59,941 nucleotides of DNA, filler included, from Stramenopiles sp. TOSAG23-6 (GCA_900128565.1; 11 parts of 11 records of this genome joined end to end with filler, not necessarily neighbours in it); one strand, 5' to 3'. Shown: positions 43,798 through 56,641, counted from the whole stretch's first letter. The notes: generated by a model not told the origin, from the letters alone. Numbers and translations are program-made.

Positions 43798-44482
43798 ATA
43801 GTGTCGATGGACTGGAACTGGGGGGTAATTCCCCTAATAGCAAAGTGGTAGAACAAGAAATAGAATGAGACGTATGATTATTTTGAAGACTTTGTGATGT
43901 GTGATTATTTTGAAGACTTTGTCTTTGTTTCTTTTGCTTCTTTTGAATGTATTGCGTTTGTTGATTTTGTTGATTTTGTTGATTTTGTTTAGTAGGGATT
44001 GGACTTTTGTTTTGAAAAGAAGAACGTGCGAGTACAGTACGTTGCTGATCGGAAAAAGAAGTGGGCTTATAATTGGTTGACTCGTTATGTAGAGAATACC
44101 CCTTGTGTATGTTATATTGACGCTGGTTCGTTACTCTATTCATATTTGAGGGGTCGTTTTCCTGAGAATATTGTCTCGGTGACGTTTGCATGGCATACAC
44201 ATGGTTCCCTCCGAGATGTTTCTGAGAAGATTTTGCAGAAAAACCATACCCGTTTGTAGATCTTTCAGATTCAATAGATCCATTATTGGCATGTAATTTC
44301 GGTCGATAACTCCAAGATCGTTGCGTTGATGAGTTGGACTTTCCAACGCTTCGTTGTAGAGGAGACAAATTTTGGAAATGACGCTGATCTGTTTCATATT
44401 TTATATTACCTTGCTCCTGTTGAAGAGGACGAGAAAAAGTTGTTGGTTGAACTACTCCTTTCTCTGCATCATGTGTTGACAT
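43798..44482 (-). CDS. First exon of a Gln/Ser/Asn-rich low-complexity protein (copies 49234-49918, 54670-55354)
   Basis: ATG-initiated ORF ending at a family donor (ctAT|GTATGT) at 43797. Confidence 0.6.
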
Positions 44483-45154
44483 GATATTCTATCGTTTGGA
44501 TAGAAAATGTAATGTTCTTTTTCAACAACACAATACTTTACTATAGACAACGTCAATAAAATATACTCAAAATAGTAAAAAGGCGCGATGTTTACGAAAC
44601 TTGGTTCAAAAAAAATTGCGCAAGTTTTTTTTTTGAGTTATTTTTGAGTTATTTTGAAAATAATTCAACAAAATTTTGGAACAAACCTGAGACGCCAATT
44701 TTTAGCTCTCCTAGGGTTAGGTTAGGTGCCTAGGGTTAGGGTTCCTGGTGTTTTGGTCAGCCCTTCATTTTTTTTTCGCGAAAAAAATTCAACTCTGTGT
44801 TTCTGCTCTGCGCACGAATTTTCCTTCAACGTAGACCTTTTTTCTATCACTCAAGGAGTACGTAATTCTCTTAATTACTTTATTATTATATACATCATCG
44901 ATTAACTTATCTTGTTGACGATCATTTCATTGATTCTTAAGAAGAGTATGATTGTCTTTCCTTGTTTTTTTGCAATTTGTTTTTCTTCATGAACCAAGTC
45001 ATGACTTTCTTCCTCCGTTTTGTTGTCGTGTCTGTTTTTCGGTTTGAACCTGGCATTCTTTCCTTTGATATAGTGTTTTTTTACTCTAGCATTTCACAGT
45101 GTATGTCTAACCCTTTCCAAATTTCTTATATTCTGAAAAAGCAGTACTCTTACA

Positions 45155-45361
45155 ATGGACGTTAACGAACTTGTATTCAAACCTCTCTTCCAATTCGGTT
45201 TAGATTCGTACCGCCTGGTTCAAAAATGCACCAAGCCAGACCGCACTGAATTTACCCGTGTATTTTTCGCTACTAGCTGTGGGTTCTTTATTATGGGATT
45301 TATTGGTTTCTTTGTCAAACTTGTTCATATTCCTATAAATAATATTATCGTAGGGCGTTAA
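45155..45361 (+). CDS. SEC61G: Sec61 gamma subunit
   Basis: [17 protein letters not shown]...[25 protein letters not shown]. Confidence 0.95.
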   Translation: MDVNELVFKPLFQFGLDSYRLVQKCTKPDRTEFTRVFFATSCGFFIMGFIGFFVKLVHIPINNIIVGR

Positions 45362-45769
45362 AACACATGTGAAAAAAAAAAAAAAAAAAACAGGATTTTT
45401 CGTACGAAATTTCGTACCTAACGAAAAAAAAAATCGACGTCTAGTCTATCCTTTTTTTTTTGTGATTATTTGATAAATAAACAACACTCTAGAGAATGTA
45501 GAGACATTATTTTATACTATGTATATATATACATGATACACAAGGAAAATAGCAACATGAAAAGAATGTATATCAACATGAAAAAAATATATATTTTATT
45601 ACACTTCATTTAAAAGTACAACAAGGATAATCAACCCTAACCCTAGTACAAAGACATTCATTGTAGGGCTAGTGGCCTCTTTTTGAGTACTCATTTTGTG
45701 TAATGAGTTCATTGTGTTACTTTATATGTTTTAGATATAATAGATTTTTTCTATGTTACATTCTCCAAA

Positions 45770-47518
45770 TTATACATTTTTGGACGTTTCTTCCATTTCA
45801 ATGTCAAAGTCGTCAGGTACATTTCTCAAAATCCAGCGGTCAATTTCATCTTCCATGTCGTCTTTGTCGTGTATCGAAATATCTCCAACTTGAGCCGCTC
45901 TTTGTGCTTTCAACTTCTTCGCTTCCTCTTCAAAACCCCGGACAGAACGCATATGACTTGTTTCGTTTACTTCAGTCAAGAATTCCTTTATTTTGTGTGC
46001 TGTTGGTGTGGTCGGTCGTAGTGGACTTTGTTCCAATGAACTTTCCAGCGCTGCATTACTATTCTTGAGAACAGTTTTATCAGAAAATGTAGATGCAATT
46101 GCACGATCAATACCTAAAACATGACCACCTAATATATTTCCGACGGCATCACCACGTTCAATAGGTAAATACAACTGCGAATCAATTGGGTTGGAGTGGG
46201 TATCAAAGTCAAGAAATTCGGAAATTACAGTATCCGATATATCACTAAAACTATCATACTTTTTCATAGGATTAGATACACTAGATAATATAGCTCGGGA
46301 GACAGAAAACTCCATTTGAAGACATTCTGCAATGGAATATTCTACTTTTTTACAACCCCCTATACGTTGCATTGCGTGAGTTAGTTTTAGAGCTAGAGGG
46401 GAACGCTCATGGAGTAACACTTGAAGAGTTTGACTCGCCCAGTCAGCTAACGAATCGCCTGCAGAACCTGAAGCAAGTTGTTCCAATTGTTCGATAATTT
46501 CCTCAATACTGTCTTGATTGAAACAAGTATCAATTAATTCTAAATGATTTGACAACCAAGTCTCTGGTATAACTGCAGTATCACCTGTAATAGTGTCTCC
46601 ATGCGTACCGTATGAAATTGCAGTATCAAAACTGGCTTCAACTAGGCAATCTGCTAGTGTTGAGTTCATACGACTTGATATATTATCAATATCGTCTCTA
46701 AGAAATCCTATAGAACCACTTAATACGGGTGTGTAATGCGTGGCAATACCAGTATGAAGAGCATCCGCTCCAGTTACCCGGGCCCCTGTTAACGATAACC
46801 ATAGACCTATACCAGACATTCGATCTTCATTACCACGAAACTGAAGTCGAGGAAGATTATATGATGCACCCATATCTGGTATCCATCCTATTTCTGTCTC
46901 TGGTAATTGAAATATTGTCTTATCAGTAGCAATGCGAACACGATTTAATAAGGAAAGTGAAGCGGCAGACCCGGATGTTAAGCCATCAAGAAGTGTAATC
47001 ACTGGTGTCCCGGATGTCGCTAAACGATAGCTAAGATAATTCTCCTGTCTTAATATGTCAATAGCTTTATCCAATGAACCATTTTGTACCATTTGTACGA
47101 GTGCAGGATGATCACGGCCTCTACAAAACACATCAGAACGTTGGTCATTGCTTCCTTGATAACCACCAAGGAAAATAGCCAAAATTTGAGAATTTGGTTC
47201 CCAAAGTTCATGAAGGCGTGTTAGTTGCTGAACGGTAGAAAGATCAAGAACATTATCTCCATTGTTCGTATTTACTTCTGCCATTCTCCATGTAGCATTC
47301 CCTTCGGAAATTAGAACCTTCTCGTCTGATCGGAAAGGTTGTCGGACAACTTCTTCATCGCGAGATGAGAGAAGACCACGAGACAGAGGATGTTTTTCTT
47401 CATCTTTGTTTGTGTCTATATTACTCGTACTGAAACTACACGATGATAAAGCTGTCGAGTGACGTAAGTGTGATGCGGATGTGCGCGTAAATGTTCGAAC
47501 TAATTGTGTGGAAGACAT
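45770..47518 (-). CDS. HIBCH: 3-hydroxyisobutyryl-CoA hydrolase-like (crotonase/ECH_2), mitochondrial
   Basis: RIATDKTIFQLPETEIGWIPDMGASYNLPRL, LSLTGARVTGADALHTGIATHY and SPLALKLT motifs; presequence. Confidence 0.8.
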   Translation of the reverse strand: MSSTQLVRTFTRTSASHLRHSTALSSCSFSTSNIDTNKDEEKHPLSRGLLSSRDEEVVRQPFRSDEKVLISEGNATWRMAEVNTNNGDNVLDLSTVQQLTRLHELWEPNSQILAIFLGGYQGSNDQRSDVFCRGRDHPALVQMVQNGSLDKAIDILRQENYLSYRLATSGTPVITLLDGLTSGSAASLSLLNRVRIATDKTIFQLPETEIGWIPDMGASYNLPRLQFRGNEDRMSGIGLWLSLTGARVTGADALHTGIATHYTPVLSGSIGFLRDDIDNISSRMNSTLADCLVEASFDTAISYGTHGDTITGDTAVIPETWLSNHLELIDTCFNQDSIEEIIEQLEQLASGSAGDSLADWASQTLQVLLHERSPLALKLTHAMQRIGGCKKVEYSIAECLQMEFSVSRAILSSVSNPMKKYDSFSDISDTVISEFLDFDTHSNPIDSQLYLPIERGDAVGNILGGHVLGIDRAIASTFSDKTVLKNSNAALESSLEQSPLRPTTPTAHKIKEFLTEVNETSHMRSVRGFEEEAKKLKAQRAAQVGDISIHDKDDMEDEIDRWILRNVPDDFDIEMEETSKNV

Positions 47519-47855
47519 AATCACACCAACTTGTTGAATACACTACAAAAGTAATCTGGATATTTTAGTTTTGTTGTGTGTGTTTGCGACTGACTTTTGA
47601 TTAATTCTAATGCGCCACGTGCTCGAAGTTAAAATTTTTGACTCGTGTGTTACCCGGTTCCAAAAATAAAGCTGCTTTGATCCATTGAATTCAGATCGTA
47701 AACCGTAAAATAAAATTGACAAAAAAATGTCATAAAAATTAAATACTACTACGTCAAAGACCGAAAAGACTATTTCCCTGTAAGGGGTAAAGACATACAC
47801 AATACATACAGTAACATTATTTAAATTCACTTCATTTTGAGCAATATTTTTAGCC

Positions 47856-48383
47856 ATGAATGGTCAAATCATGTTTTTCTATCTCTTCATTTTGGGATGG
47901 ATCAGTTCTAGTGCAATACACGTTGAAAAGAATTATATTTGTTTGAATCACAATGAAAATCCTGATAATACTTGCTCTGTTCACAAAGACAGAATTTCTT
48001 GTACGTCTTCGTATGATACAACACATAAGAAGTGTTTATATGTGTATAGAAAAGCCGCACAATTAAATGAAACATGTTGTCCAAATAAGAAAGAAGATAA
48101 TGGGAAATGCGCCGAAAAAATAGGTGGTCTACAGTGTGATGCAAATTTGTACTGCTACGTTTCCACTTTTCGTGGTGACGTTGGCACCTGCGTCTTACGA
48201 AGCAGTGTTGCTTTTATTGGCCAGACATGTTGCAAAACAAAAACAGAAGTATGTACAGCACCACACTGTGCGTCAGGATTGACTTGTTATTCTAGCCCAT
48301 CTTTTTTTGGTACGTGTGGTCGATCGTTTCCATCTCTTCGAAGTCGAAATGGAGAAAACAGTACACTATTTTCCTGGTTTTGA
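47856..48383 (+). CDS. Small secreted Cys-rich protein
   Basis: Signal peptide, many Cys, and two related CC...C...C...L.CY...GTC modules. Confidence 0.7.
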   Translation: MNGQIMFFYLFILGWISSSAIHVEKNYICLNHNENPDNTCSVHKDRISCTSSYDTTHKKCLYVYRKAAQLNETCCPNKKEDNGKCAEKIGGLQCDANLYCYVSTFRGDVGTCVLRSSVAFIGQTCCKTKTEVCTAPHCASGLTCYSSPSFFGTCGRSFPSLRSRNGENSTLFSWF

Positions 48384-50590
48384 ATTTAAAAAAAAAATAA
48401 TACTAGAGAACTGTGTGTAACAAGATCGTTACAATCCCAATATACATTGGATAACTTGGAAGCTTGTGCATTTGTATACAAAATGATAAAATAATACATT
48501 TGCAACTTACATTTCATTCAAATTTCATATTTATTCTTTTATCCTTAGGGTTAGGGTAAAAAGACACATCAGAGGGAAGAAAGATTATTTCTCTCTGGTG
48601 TTTTTTTTCCCTTTACATTATCTATGTGGTTCATTTTGGAACTGTAGCTAGATTGCCTACAATGCAACATAAAGAAAAAACAACAAAAACAAATTTAAAT
48701 TTAAATTTAAATTTTTTTATAAAACAATTAGAAAAAACAAAAACAAATTCATTTATTTTTGTATTTTTGTATGTAACAATTAGAAAAAACAGAAATAATA
48801 AAAACAAAATTAAATTTTTTTTTAATTCACAAATCAACATGTTAACATAATGTTTAAGTGGTCAAGTTTTACACTTCACAAACAAAAAAAGAACAAAAAA
48901 AATACAATTTTTACATTTTGTCATTTTTTTTTGGACATTACAAATTTTTATTGAGTTTCTAATATTTTTGTTACAATACCAGCCGCAATGTATTGTAAAA
49001 AAATATTTTTTTTTTGTAATTTTTTTGTTAGGTACAAAATTTTTATAAAAAACCAAAAAAAAAAAAAAANNNNNNNNNNNNNNNNNNNNNNNNNNNNNNN
49101 NNNNNNNNNNNNNTTAATTAATTAANNNNNNNNNNNNNNNNNNNNNNNNNNNNNNNNNNNNNNNNNNNNTAGGTACAAAATTTCGTACGAAAAAAAAAAT
49201 TTAGACAAAAAATTGAAAAAAAATAAAACATACATAGTGTCGATGGACTGGAACTGGGGGGTAATTCCCCTAATAGCAAAGTGGTAGAACAAGAAATAGA
49301 ATGAGACGTATGATTATTTTGAAGACTTTGTGATGTGTGATTATTTTGAAGACTTTGTCTTTGTTTCTTTTGCTTCTTTTGAATGTATTGCGTTTGTTGA
49401 TTTTGTTGATTTTGTTGATTTTGTTTAGTAGGGATTGGACTTTTGTTTTGAAAAGAAGAACGTGCGAGTACAGTACGTTGCTGATCGGAAAAAGAAGTGG
49501 GCTTATAATTGGTTGACTCGTTATGTAGAGAATACCCCTTGTGTATGTTATATTGACGCTGGTTCGTTACTCTATTCATATTTGAGGGGTCGTTTTCCTG
49601 AGAATATTGTCTCGGTGACGTTTGCATGGCATACACATGGTTCCCTCCGAGATGTTTCTGAGAAGATTTTGCAGAAAAACCATACCCGTTTGTAGATCTT
49701 TCAGATTCAATAGATCCATTATTGGCATGTAATTTCGGTCGATAACTCCAAGATCGTTGCGTTGATGAGTTGGACTTTCCAACGCTTCGTTGTAGAGGAG
49801 ACAAATTTTGGAAATGACGCTGATCTGTTTCATATTTTATATTACCTTGCTCCTGTTGAAGAGGACGAGAAAAAGTTGTTGGTTGAACTACTCCTTTCTC
49901 TGCATCATGTGTTGACATGATATTCTATCGTTTGGATAGAAAATGTAATGTTCTTTTTCAACAACACAATACTTTACTATAGACAACGTCAATAAAATAT
50001 ACTCAAAATAGTAAAAAGGCGCGATGTTTACGAAACTTGGTTCAAAAAAAATTGCGCAAGTTTTTTTTTTGAGTTATTTTTGAGTTATTTTGAAAATAAT
50101 TCAACAAAATTTTGGAACAAACCTGAGACGCCAATTTTTAGCTCTCCTAGGGTTAGGTTAGGTGCCTAGGGTTAGGGTTCCTGGTGTTTTGGTCAGCCCT
50201 TCATTTTTTTTTCGCGAAAAAAATTCAACTCTGTGTTTCTGCTCTGCGCACGAATTTTCCTTCAACGTAGACCTTTTTTCTATCACTCAAGGAGTACGTA
50301 ATTCTCTTAATTACTTTATTATTATATACATCATCGATTAACTTATCTTGTTGACGATCATTTCATTGATTCTTAAGAAGAGTATGATTGTCTTTCCTTG
50401 TTTTTTTGCAATTTGTTTTTCTTCATGAACCAAGTCATGACTTTCTTCCTCCGTTTTGTTGTCGTGTCTGTTTTTCGGTTTGAACCTGGCATTCTTTCCT
50501 TTGATATAGTGTTTTTTTACTCTAGCATTTCACAGTGTATGTCTAACCCTTTCCAAATTTCTTATATTCTGAAAAAGCAGTACTCTTACA

Positions 50591-50797
50591 ATGGACGTTA
50601 ACGAACTTGTATTCAAACCTCTCTTCCAATTCGGTTTAGATTCGTACCGCCTGGTTCAAAAATGCACCAAGCCAGACCGCACTGAATTTACCCGTGTATT
50701 TTTCGCTACTAGCTGTGGGTTCTTTATTATGGGATTTATTGGTTTCTTTGTCAAACTTGTTCATATTCCTATAAATAATATTATCGTAGGGCGTTAA
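50591..50797 (+). CDS. SEC61G: Sec61 gamma (copy 2)
   Basis: Identical to 45155-45361. Confidence 0.85.
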   Translation: MDVNELVFKPLFQFGLDSYRLVQKCTKPDRTEFTRVFFATSCGFFIMGFIGFFVKLVHIPINNIIVGR

Positions 50798-51205
50798 AAC
50801 ACATGTGAAAAAAAAAAAAAAAAAAACAGGATTTTTCGTACGAAATTTCGTACCTAACGAAAAAAAAAATCGACGTCTAGTCTATCCTTTTTTTTTTGTG
50901 ATTATTTGATAAATAAACAACACTCTAGAGAATGTAGAGACATTATTTTATACTATGTATATATATACATGATACACAAGGAAAATAGCAACATGAAAAG
51001 AATGTATATCAACATGAAAAAAATATATATTTTATTACACTTCATTTAAAAGTACAACAAGGATAATCAACCCTAACCCTAGTACAAAGACATTCATTGT
51101 AGGGCTAGTGGCCTCTTTTTGAGTACTCATTTTGTGTAATGAGTTCATTGTGTTACTTTATATGTTTTAGATATAATAGATTTTTTCTATGTTACATTCT
51201 CCAAA

Positions 51206-52954
51206 TTATACATTTTTGGACGTTTCTTCCATTTCAATGTCAAAGTCGTCAGGTACATTTCTCAAAATCCAGCGGTCAATTTCATCTTCCATGTCGTCTT
51301 TGTCGTGTATCGAAATATCTCCAACTTGAGCCGCTCTTTGTGCTTTCAACTTCTTCGCTTCCTCTTCAAAACCCCGGACAGAACGCATATGACTTGTTTC
51401 GTTTACTTCAGTCAAGAATTCCTTTATTTTGTGTGCTGTTGGTGTGGTCGGTCGTAGTGGACTTTGTTCCAATGAACTTTCCAGCGCTGCATTACTATTC
51501 TTGAGAACAGTTTTATCAGAAAATGTAGATGCAATTGCACGATCAATACCTAAAACATGACCACCTAATATATTTCCGACGGCATCACCACGTTCAATAG
51601 GTAAATACAACTGCGAATCAATTGGGTTGGAGTGGGTATCAAAGTCAAGAAATTCGGAAATTACAGTATCCGATATATCACTAAAACTATCATACTTTTT
51701 CATAGGATTAGATACACTAGATAATATAGCTCGGGAGACAGAAAACTCCATTTGAAGACATTCTGCAATGGAATATTCTACTTTTTTACAACCCCCTATA
51801 CGTTGCATTGCGTGAGTTAGTTTTAGAGCTAGAGGGGAACGCTCATGGAGTAACACTTGAAGAGTTTGACTCGCCCAGTCAGCTAACGAATCGCCTGCAG
51901 AACCTGAAGCAAGTTGTTCCAATTGTTCGATAATTTCCTCAATACTGTCTTGATTGAAACAAGTATCAATTAATTCTAAATGATTTGACAACCAAGTCTC
52001 TGGTATAACTGCAGTATCACCTGTAATAGTGTCTCCATGCGTACCGTATGAAATTGCAGTATCAAAACTGGCTTCAACTAGGCAATCTGCTAGTGTTGAG
52101 TTCATACGACTTGATATATTATCAATATCGTCTCTAAGAAATCCTATAGAACCACTTAATACGGGTGTGTAATGCGTGGCAATACCAGTATGAAGAGCAT
52201 CCGCTCCAGTTACCCGGGCCCCTGTTAACGATAACCATAGACCTATACCAGACATTCGATCTTCATTACCACGAAACTGAAGTCGAGGAAGATTATATGA
52301 TGCACCCATATCTGGTATCCATCCTATTTCTGTCTCTGGTAATTGAAATATTGTCTTATCAGTAGCAATGCGAACACGATTTAATAAGGAAAGTGAAGCG
52401 GCAGACCCGGATGTTAAGCCATCAAGAAGTGTAATCACTGGTGTCCCGGATGTCGCTAAACGATAGCTAAGATAATTCTCCTGTCTTAATATGTCAATAG
52501 CTTTATCCAATGAACCATTTTGTACCATTTGTACGAGTGCAGGATGATCACGGCCTCTACAAAACACATCAGAACGTTGGTCATTGCTTCCTTGATAACC
52601 ACCAAGGAAAATAGCCAAAATTTGAGAATTTGGTTCCCAAAGTTCATGAAGGCGTGTTAGTTGCTGAACGGTAGAAAGATCAAGAACATTATCTCCATTG
52701 TTCGTATTTACTTCTGCCATTCTCCATGTAGCATTCCCTTCGGAAATTAGAACCTTCTCGTCTGATCGGAAAGGTTGTCGGACAACTTCTTCATCGCGAG
52801 ATGAGAGAAGACCACGAGACAGAGGATGTTTTTCTTCATCTTTGTTTGTGTCTATATTACTCGTACTGAAACTACACGATGATAAAGCTGTCGAGTGACG
52901 TAAGTGTGATGCGGATGTGCGCGTAAATGTTCGAACTAATTGTGTGGAAGACAT
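51206..52954 (-). CDS. HIBCH: HIBCH-like (copy 2)
   Basis: Identical to 45770-47518. Confidence 0.75.
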   Translation of the reverse strand: MSSTQLVRTFTRTSASHLRHSTALSSCSFSTSNIDTNKDEEKHPLSRGLLSSRDEEVVRQPFRSDEKVLISEGNATWRMAEVNTNNGDNVLDLSTVQQLTRLHELWEPNSQILAIFLGGYQGSNDQRSDVFCRGRDHPALVQMVQNGSLDKAIDILRQENYLSYRLATSGTPVITLLDGLTSGSAASLSLLNRVRIATDKTIFQLPETEIGWIPDMGASYNLPRLQFRGNEDRMSGIGLWLSLTGARVTGADALHTGIATHYTPVLSGSIGFLRDDIDNISSRMNSTLADCLVEASFDTAISYGTHGDTITGDTAVIPETWLSNHLELIDTCFNQDSIEEIIEQLEQLASGSAGDSLADWASQTLQVLLHERSPLALKLTHAMQRIGGCKKVEYSIAECLQMEFSVSRAILSSVSNPMKKYDSFSDISDTVISEFLDFDTHSNPIDSQLYLPIERGDAVGNILGGHVLGIDRAIASTFSDKTVLKNSNAALESSLEQSPLRPTTPTAHKIKEFLTEVNETSHMRSVRGFEEEAKKLKAQRAAQVGDISIHDKDDMEDEIDRWILRNVPDDFDIEMEETSKNV

Positions 52955-53291
52955 AATCACACCAACTTGTTGAATACACTACAAAAGTAATCTGGATATT
53001 TTAGTTTTGTTGTGTGTGTTTGCGACTGACTTTTGATTAATTCTAATGCGCCACGTGCTCGAAGTTAAAATTTTTGACTCGTGTGTTACCCGGTTCCAAA
53101 AATAAAGCTGCTTTGATCCATTGAATTCAGATCGTAAACCGTAAAATAAAATTGACAAAAAAATGTCATAAAAATTAAATACTACTACGTCAAAGACCGA
53201 AAAGACTATTTCCCTGTAAGGGGTAAAGACATACACAATACATACAGTAACATTATTTAAATTCACTTCATTTTGAGCAATATTTTTAGCC

Positions 53292-53819
53292 ATGAATGGT
53301 CAAATCATGTTTTTCTATCTCTTCATTTTGGGATGGATCAGTTCTAGTGCAATACACGTTGAAAAGAATTATATTTGTTTGAATCACAATGAAAATCCTG
53401 ATAATACTTGCTCTGTTCACAAAGACAGAATTTCTTGTACGTCTTCGTATGATACAACACATAAGAAGTGTTTATATGTGTATAGAAAAGCCGCACAATT
53501 AAATGAAACATGTTGTCCAAATAAGAAAGAAGATAATGGGAAATGCGCCGAAAAAATAGGTGGTCTACAGTGTGATGCAAATTTGTACTGCTACGTTTCC
53601 ACTTTTCGTGGTGACGTTGGCACCTGCGTCTTACGAAGCAGTGTTGCTTTTATTGGCCAGACATGTTGCAAAACAAAAACAGAAGTATGTACAGCACCAC
53701 ACTGTGCGTCAGGATTGACTTGTTATTCTAGCCCATCTTTTTTTGGTACGTGTGGTCGATCGTTTCCATCTCTTCGAAGTCGAAATGGAGAAAACAGTAC
53801 ACTATTTTCCTGGTTTTGA
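53292..53819 (+). CDS. Secreted Cys-rich protein (copy 2)
   Basis: Identical to 47856-48383. Confidence 0.65.
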   Translation: MNGQIMFFYLFILGWISSSAIHVEKNYICLNHNENPDNTCSVHKDRISCTSSYDTTHKKCLYVYRKAAQLNETCCPNKKEDNGKCAEKIGGLQCDANLYCYVSTFRGDVGTCVLRSSVAFIGQTCCKTKTEVCTAPHCASGLTCYSSPSFFGTCGRSFPSLRSRNGENSTLFSWF

Positions 53820-56026
53820 ATTTAAAAAAAAAATAATACTAGAGAACTGTGTGTAACAAGATCGTTACAATCCCAATATACATTGGATAACTTGGAAGCT
53901 TGTGCATTTGTATACAAAATGATAAAATAATACATTTGCAACTTACATTTCATTCAAATTTCATATTTATTCTTTTATCCTTAGGGTTAGGGTAAAAAGA
54001 CACATCAGAGGGAAGAAAGATTATTTCTCTCTGGTGTTTTTTTTCCCTTTACATTATCTATGTGGTTCATTTTGGAACTGTAGCTAGATTGCCTACAATG
54101 CAACATAAAGAAAAAACAACAAAAACAAATTTAAATTTAAATTTAAATTTTTTTATAAAACAATTAGAAAAAACAAAAACAAATTCATTTATTTTTGTAT
54201 TTTTGTATGTAACAATTAGAAAAAACAGAAATAATAAAAACAAAATTAAATTTTTTTTTAATTCACAAATCAACATGTTAACATAATGTTTAAGTGGTCA
54301 AGTTTTACACTTCACAAACAAAAAAAGAACAAAAAAAATACAATTTTTACATTTTGTCATTTTTTTTTGGACATTACAAATTTTTATTGAGTTTCTAATA
54401 TTTTTGTTACAATACCAGCCGCAATGTATTGTAAAAAAATATTTTTTTTTTGTAATTTTTTTGTTAGGTACAAAATTTTTATAAAAAACCAAAAAAAAAA
54501 AAAAANNNNNNNNNNNNNNNNNNNNNNNNNNNNNNNNNNNNNNNNNNNNTTAATTAATTAANNNNNNNNNNNNNNNNNNNNNNNNNNNNNNNNNNNNNNN
54601 NNNNNTAGGTACAAAATTTCGTACGAAAAAAAAAATTTAGACAAAAAATTGAAAAAAAATAAAACATACATAGTGTCGATGGACTGGAACTGGGGGGTAA
54701 TTCCCCTAATAGCAAAGTGGTAGAACAAGAAATAGAATGAGACGTATGATTATTTTGAAGACTTTGTGATGTGTGATTATTTTGAAGACTTTGTCTTTGT
54801 TTCTTTTGCTTCTTTTGAATGTATTGCGTTTGTTGATTTTGTTGATTTTGTTGATTTTGTTTAGTAGGGATTGGACTTTTGTTTTGAAAAGAAGAACGTG
54901 CGAGTACAGTACGTTGCTGATCGGAAAAAGAAGTGGGCTTATAATTGGTTGACTCGTTATGTAGAGAATACCCCTTGTGTATGTTATATTGACGCTGGTT
55001 CGTTACTCTATTCATATTTGAGGGGTCGTTTTCCTGAGAATATTGTCTCGGTGACGTTTGCATGGCATACACATGGTTCCCTCCGAGATGTTTCTGAGAA
55101 GATTTTGCAGAAAAACCATACCCGTTTGTAGATCTTTCAGATTCAATAGATCCATTATTGGCATGTAATTTCGGTCGATAACTCCAAGATCGTTGCGTTG
55201 ATGAGTTGGACTTTCCAACGCTTCGTTGTAGAGGAGACAAATTTTGGAAATGACGCTGATCTGTTTCATATTTTATATTACCTTGCTCCTGTTGAAGAGG
55301 ACGAGAAAAAGTTGTTGGTTGAACTACTCCTTTCTCTGCATCATGTGTTGACATGATATTCTATCGTTTGGATAGAAAATGTAATGTTCTTTTTCAACAA
55401 CACAATACTTTACTATAGACAACGTCAATAAAATATACTCAAAATAGTAAAAAGGCGCGATGTTTACGAAACTTGGTTCAAAAAAAATTGCGCAAGTTTT
55501 TTTTTTGAGTTATTTTTGAGTTATTTTGAAAATAATTCAACAAAATTTTGGAACAAACCTGAGACGCCAATTTTTAGCTCTCCTAGGGTTAGGTTAGGTG
55601 CCTAGGGTTAGGGTTCCTGGTGTTTTGGTCAGCCCTTCATTTTTTTTTCGCGAAAAAAATTCAACTCTGTGTTTCTGCTCTGCGCACGAATTTTCCTTCA
55701 ACGTAGACCTTTTTTCTATCACTCAAGGAGTACGTAATTCTCTTAATTACTTTATTATTATATACATCATCGATTAACTTATCTTGTTGACGATCATTTC
55801 ATTGATTCTTAAGAAGAGTATGATTGTCTTTCCTTGTTTTTTTGCAATTTGTTTTTCTTCATGAACCAAGTCATGACTTTCTTCCTCCGTTTTGTTGTCG
55901 TGTCTGTTTTTCGGTTTGAACCTGGCATTCTTTCCTTTGATATAGTGTTTTTTTACTCTAGCATTTCACAGTGTATGTCTAACCCTTTCCAAATTTCTTA
56001 TATTCTGAAAAAGCAGTACTCTTACA

Positions 56027-56233
56027 ATGGACGTTAACGAACTTGTATTCAAACCTCTCTTCCAATTCGGTTTAGATTCGTACCGCCTGGTTCAAAAATG
56101 CACCAAGCCAGACCGCACTGAATTTACCCGTGTATTTTTCGCTACTAGCTGTGGGTTCTTTATTATGGGATTTATTGGTTTCTTTGTCAAACTTGTTCAT
56201 ATTCCTATAAATAATATTATCGTAGGGCGTTAA
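56027..56233 (+). CDS. SEC61G: Sec61 gamma (copy 3)
   Basis: Identical to 45155-45361. Confidence 0.85.
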   Translation: MDVNELVFKPLFQFGLDSYRLVQKCTKPDRTEFTRVFFATSCGFFIMGFIGFFVKLVHIPINNIIVGR

Positions 56234-56641
56234 AACACATGTGAAAAAAAAAAAAAAAAAAACAGGATTTTTCGTACGAAATTTCGTACCTAACGAAAAA
56301 AAAAATCGACGTCTAGTCTATCCTTTTTTTTTTGTGATTATTTGATAAATAAACAACACTCTAGAGAATGTAGAGACATTATTTTATACTATGTATATAT
56401 ATACATGATACACAAGGAAAATAGCAACATGAAAAGAATGTATATCAACATGAAAAAAATATATATTTTATTACACTTCATTTAAAAGTACAACAAGGAT
56501 AATCAACCCTAACCCTAGTACAAAGACATTCATTGTAGGGCTAGTGGCCTCTTTTTGAGTACTCATTTTGTGTAATGAGTTCATTGTGTTACTTTATATG
56601 TTTTAGATATAATAGATTTTTTCTATGTTACATTCTCCAAA

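Noticed and set aside
43576-44482. ORF 43798-44482 as the first exon of lipin (splice phase happens to match)
   Set aside because: Contigs are ordered by length, so adjacency is arbitrary. The overlap is only the shared intron motif, and the ORF lacks an N-LIP domain.
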